A stretch of DNA of 26,419 bases from Hyphomicrobiaceae bacterium (GTDB lineage Bacteria; Pseudomonadota; Alphaproteobacteria; Rhizobiales; Hyphomicrobiaceae): the NCBI GenBank assembly GCA_051985875.1, contig JBPYEF010000077.1:1-26419 (forward strand). The letters are read 5' to 3'. The position numbers were made by a program, and so were the translations under genes. Under the pieces are notes generated by a model. That model was not told the origin of the DNA. It saw nothing but the letters and a program-made list of their open reading frames with translations, and ran no database searches. Shown one piece after another: positions 26,214 to 26,419 of this stretch. Each line of letters begins with the position of its first letter. Position 1 is the stretch's first letter.

Positions 26214-26419
26214 AGAGCCAGCGGCGAAGGCCCGTCGGTTTCTGGTCGGCTTCTGGGCGTCCGTCGGCTCGGCATGGGGCCGGGTGCATGCCCGCACCGC
26301 GCGCTTGCCTCAGCACGGCGCGCATCGCTTATTCCGAAAAGGCCACCATCTCTGCGATTCCGCTCGCCGCGCGCCTCGGGCGAAGCGCGCGGCACCGGTG
26401 CGCGCCGGTGGCGGGATTG

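Noticed and set aside
26214-26419. Possible 3' end of a minus-strand gene entering from the right edge (for example ...GIAEMVAFSE*)
   Set aside because: Too short to recognise. All three frames are partly open and none carries a motif.

Overview
GC-rich bacterial chromosomal window. The gene content suggests Alphaproteobacteria, probably Hyphomicrobiales, but this is an inference. It holds about 23 real genes, nearly all for transport or small-molecule catabolism. I found no rRNA, tRNA, CRISPR, phage or IS elements. Left to right: (1) a minus-strand operon of nitroreductase, polar amino-acid ABC transporter (SBP, 2 permeases, ATPase) and a frameshifted RidA, behind a candidate sigma-54 promoter; (2) a 625-aa SPFH protein with a triplicated N-terminal module, whose leader carries an 11-bp tandem repeat forming four G4 tracts; (3) an SDR and an AidB-like acyl-CoA dehydrogenase; (4) a lone molybdopterin hydroxylase large subunit and an amidohydrolase, divergent from a UbiD-family decarboxylase translationally coupled to a NitT/TauT (SsuA/THI5-type) ABC transporter, with a 17-bp tandem repeat in the divergent region; (5) a beta-hydroxyacid dehydrogenase, a flavin reductase-like protein, a secreted three-domain SH3b/M15 peptidase fusion, a methyltransferase and an M20D amidohydrolase; (6) a stand-alone Rieske oxygenase alpha subunit divergent from a TetR regulator with two tandem palindromic operators. 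The best candidates for undescribed biology are the UbiD/ABC/amidohydrolase/Mo-hydroxylase module, the nitroreductase-ABC-RidA operon and the SPFH gene with its G-quadruplex-like leader. Many starts were moved downstream of the ORF-track starts using RBS and overlap evidence. All family calls come from motif recognition; no database searches were run.
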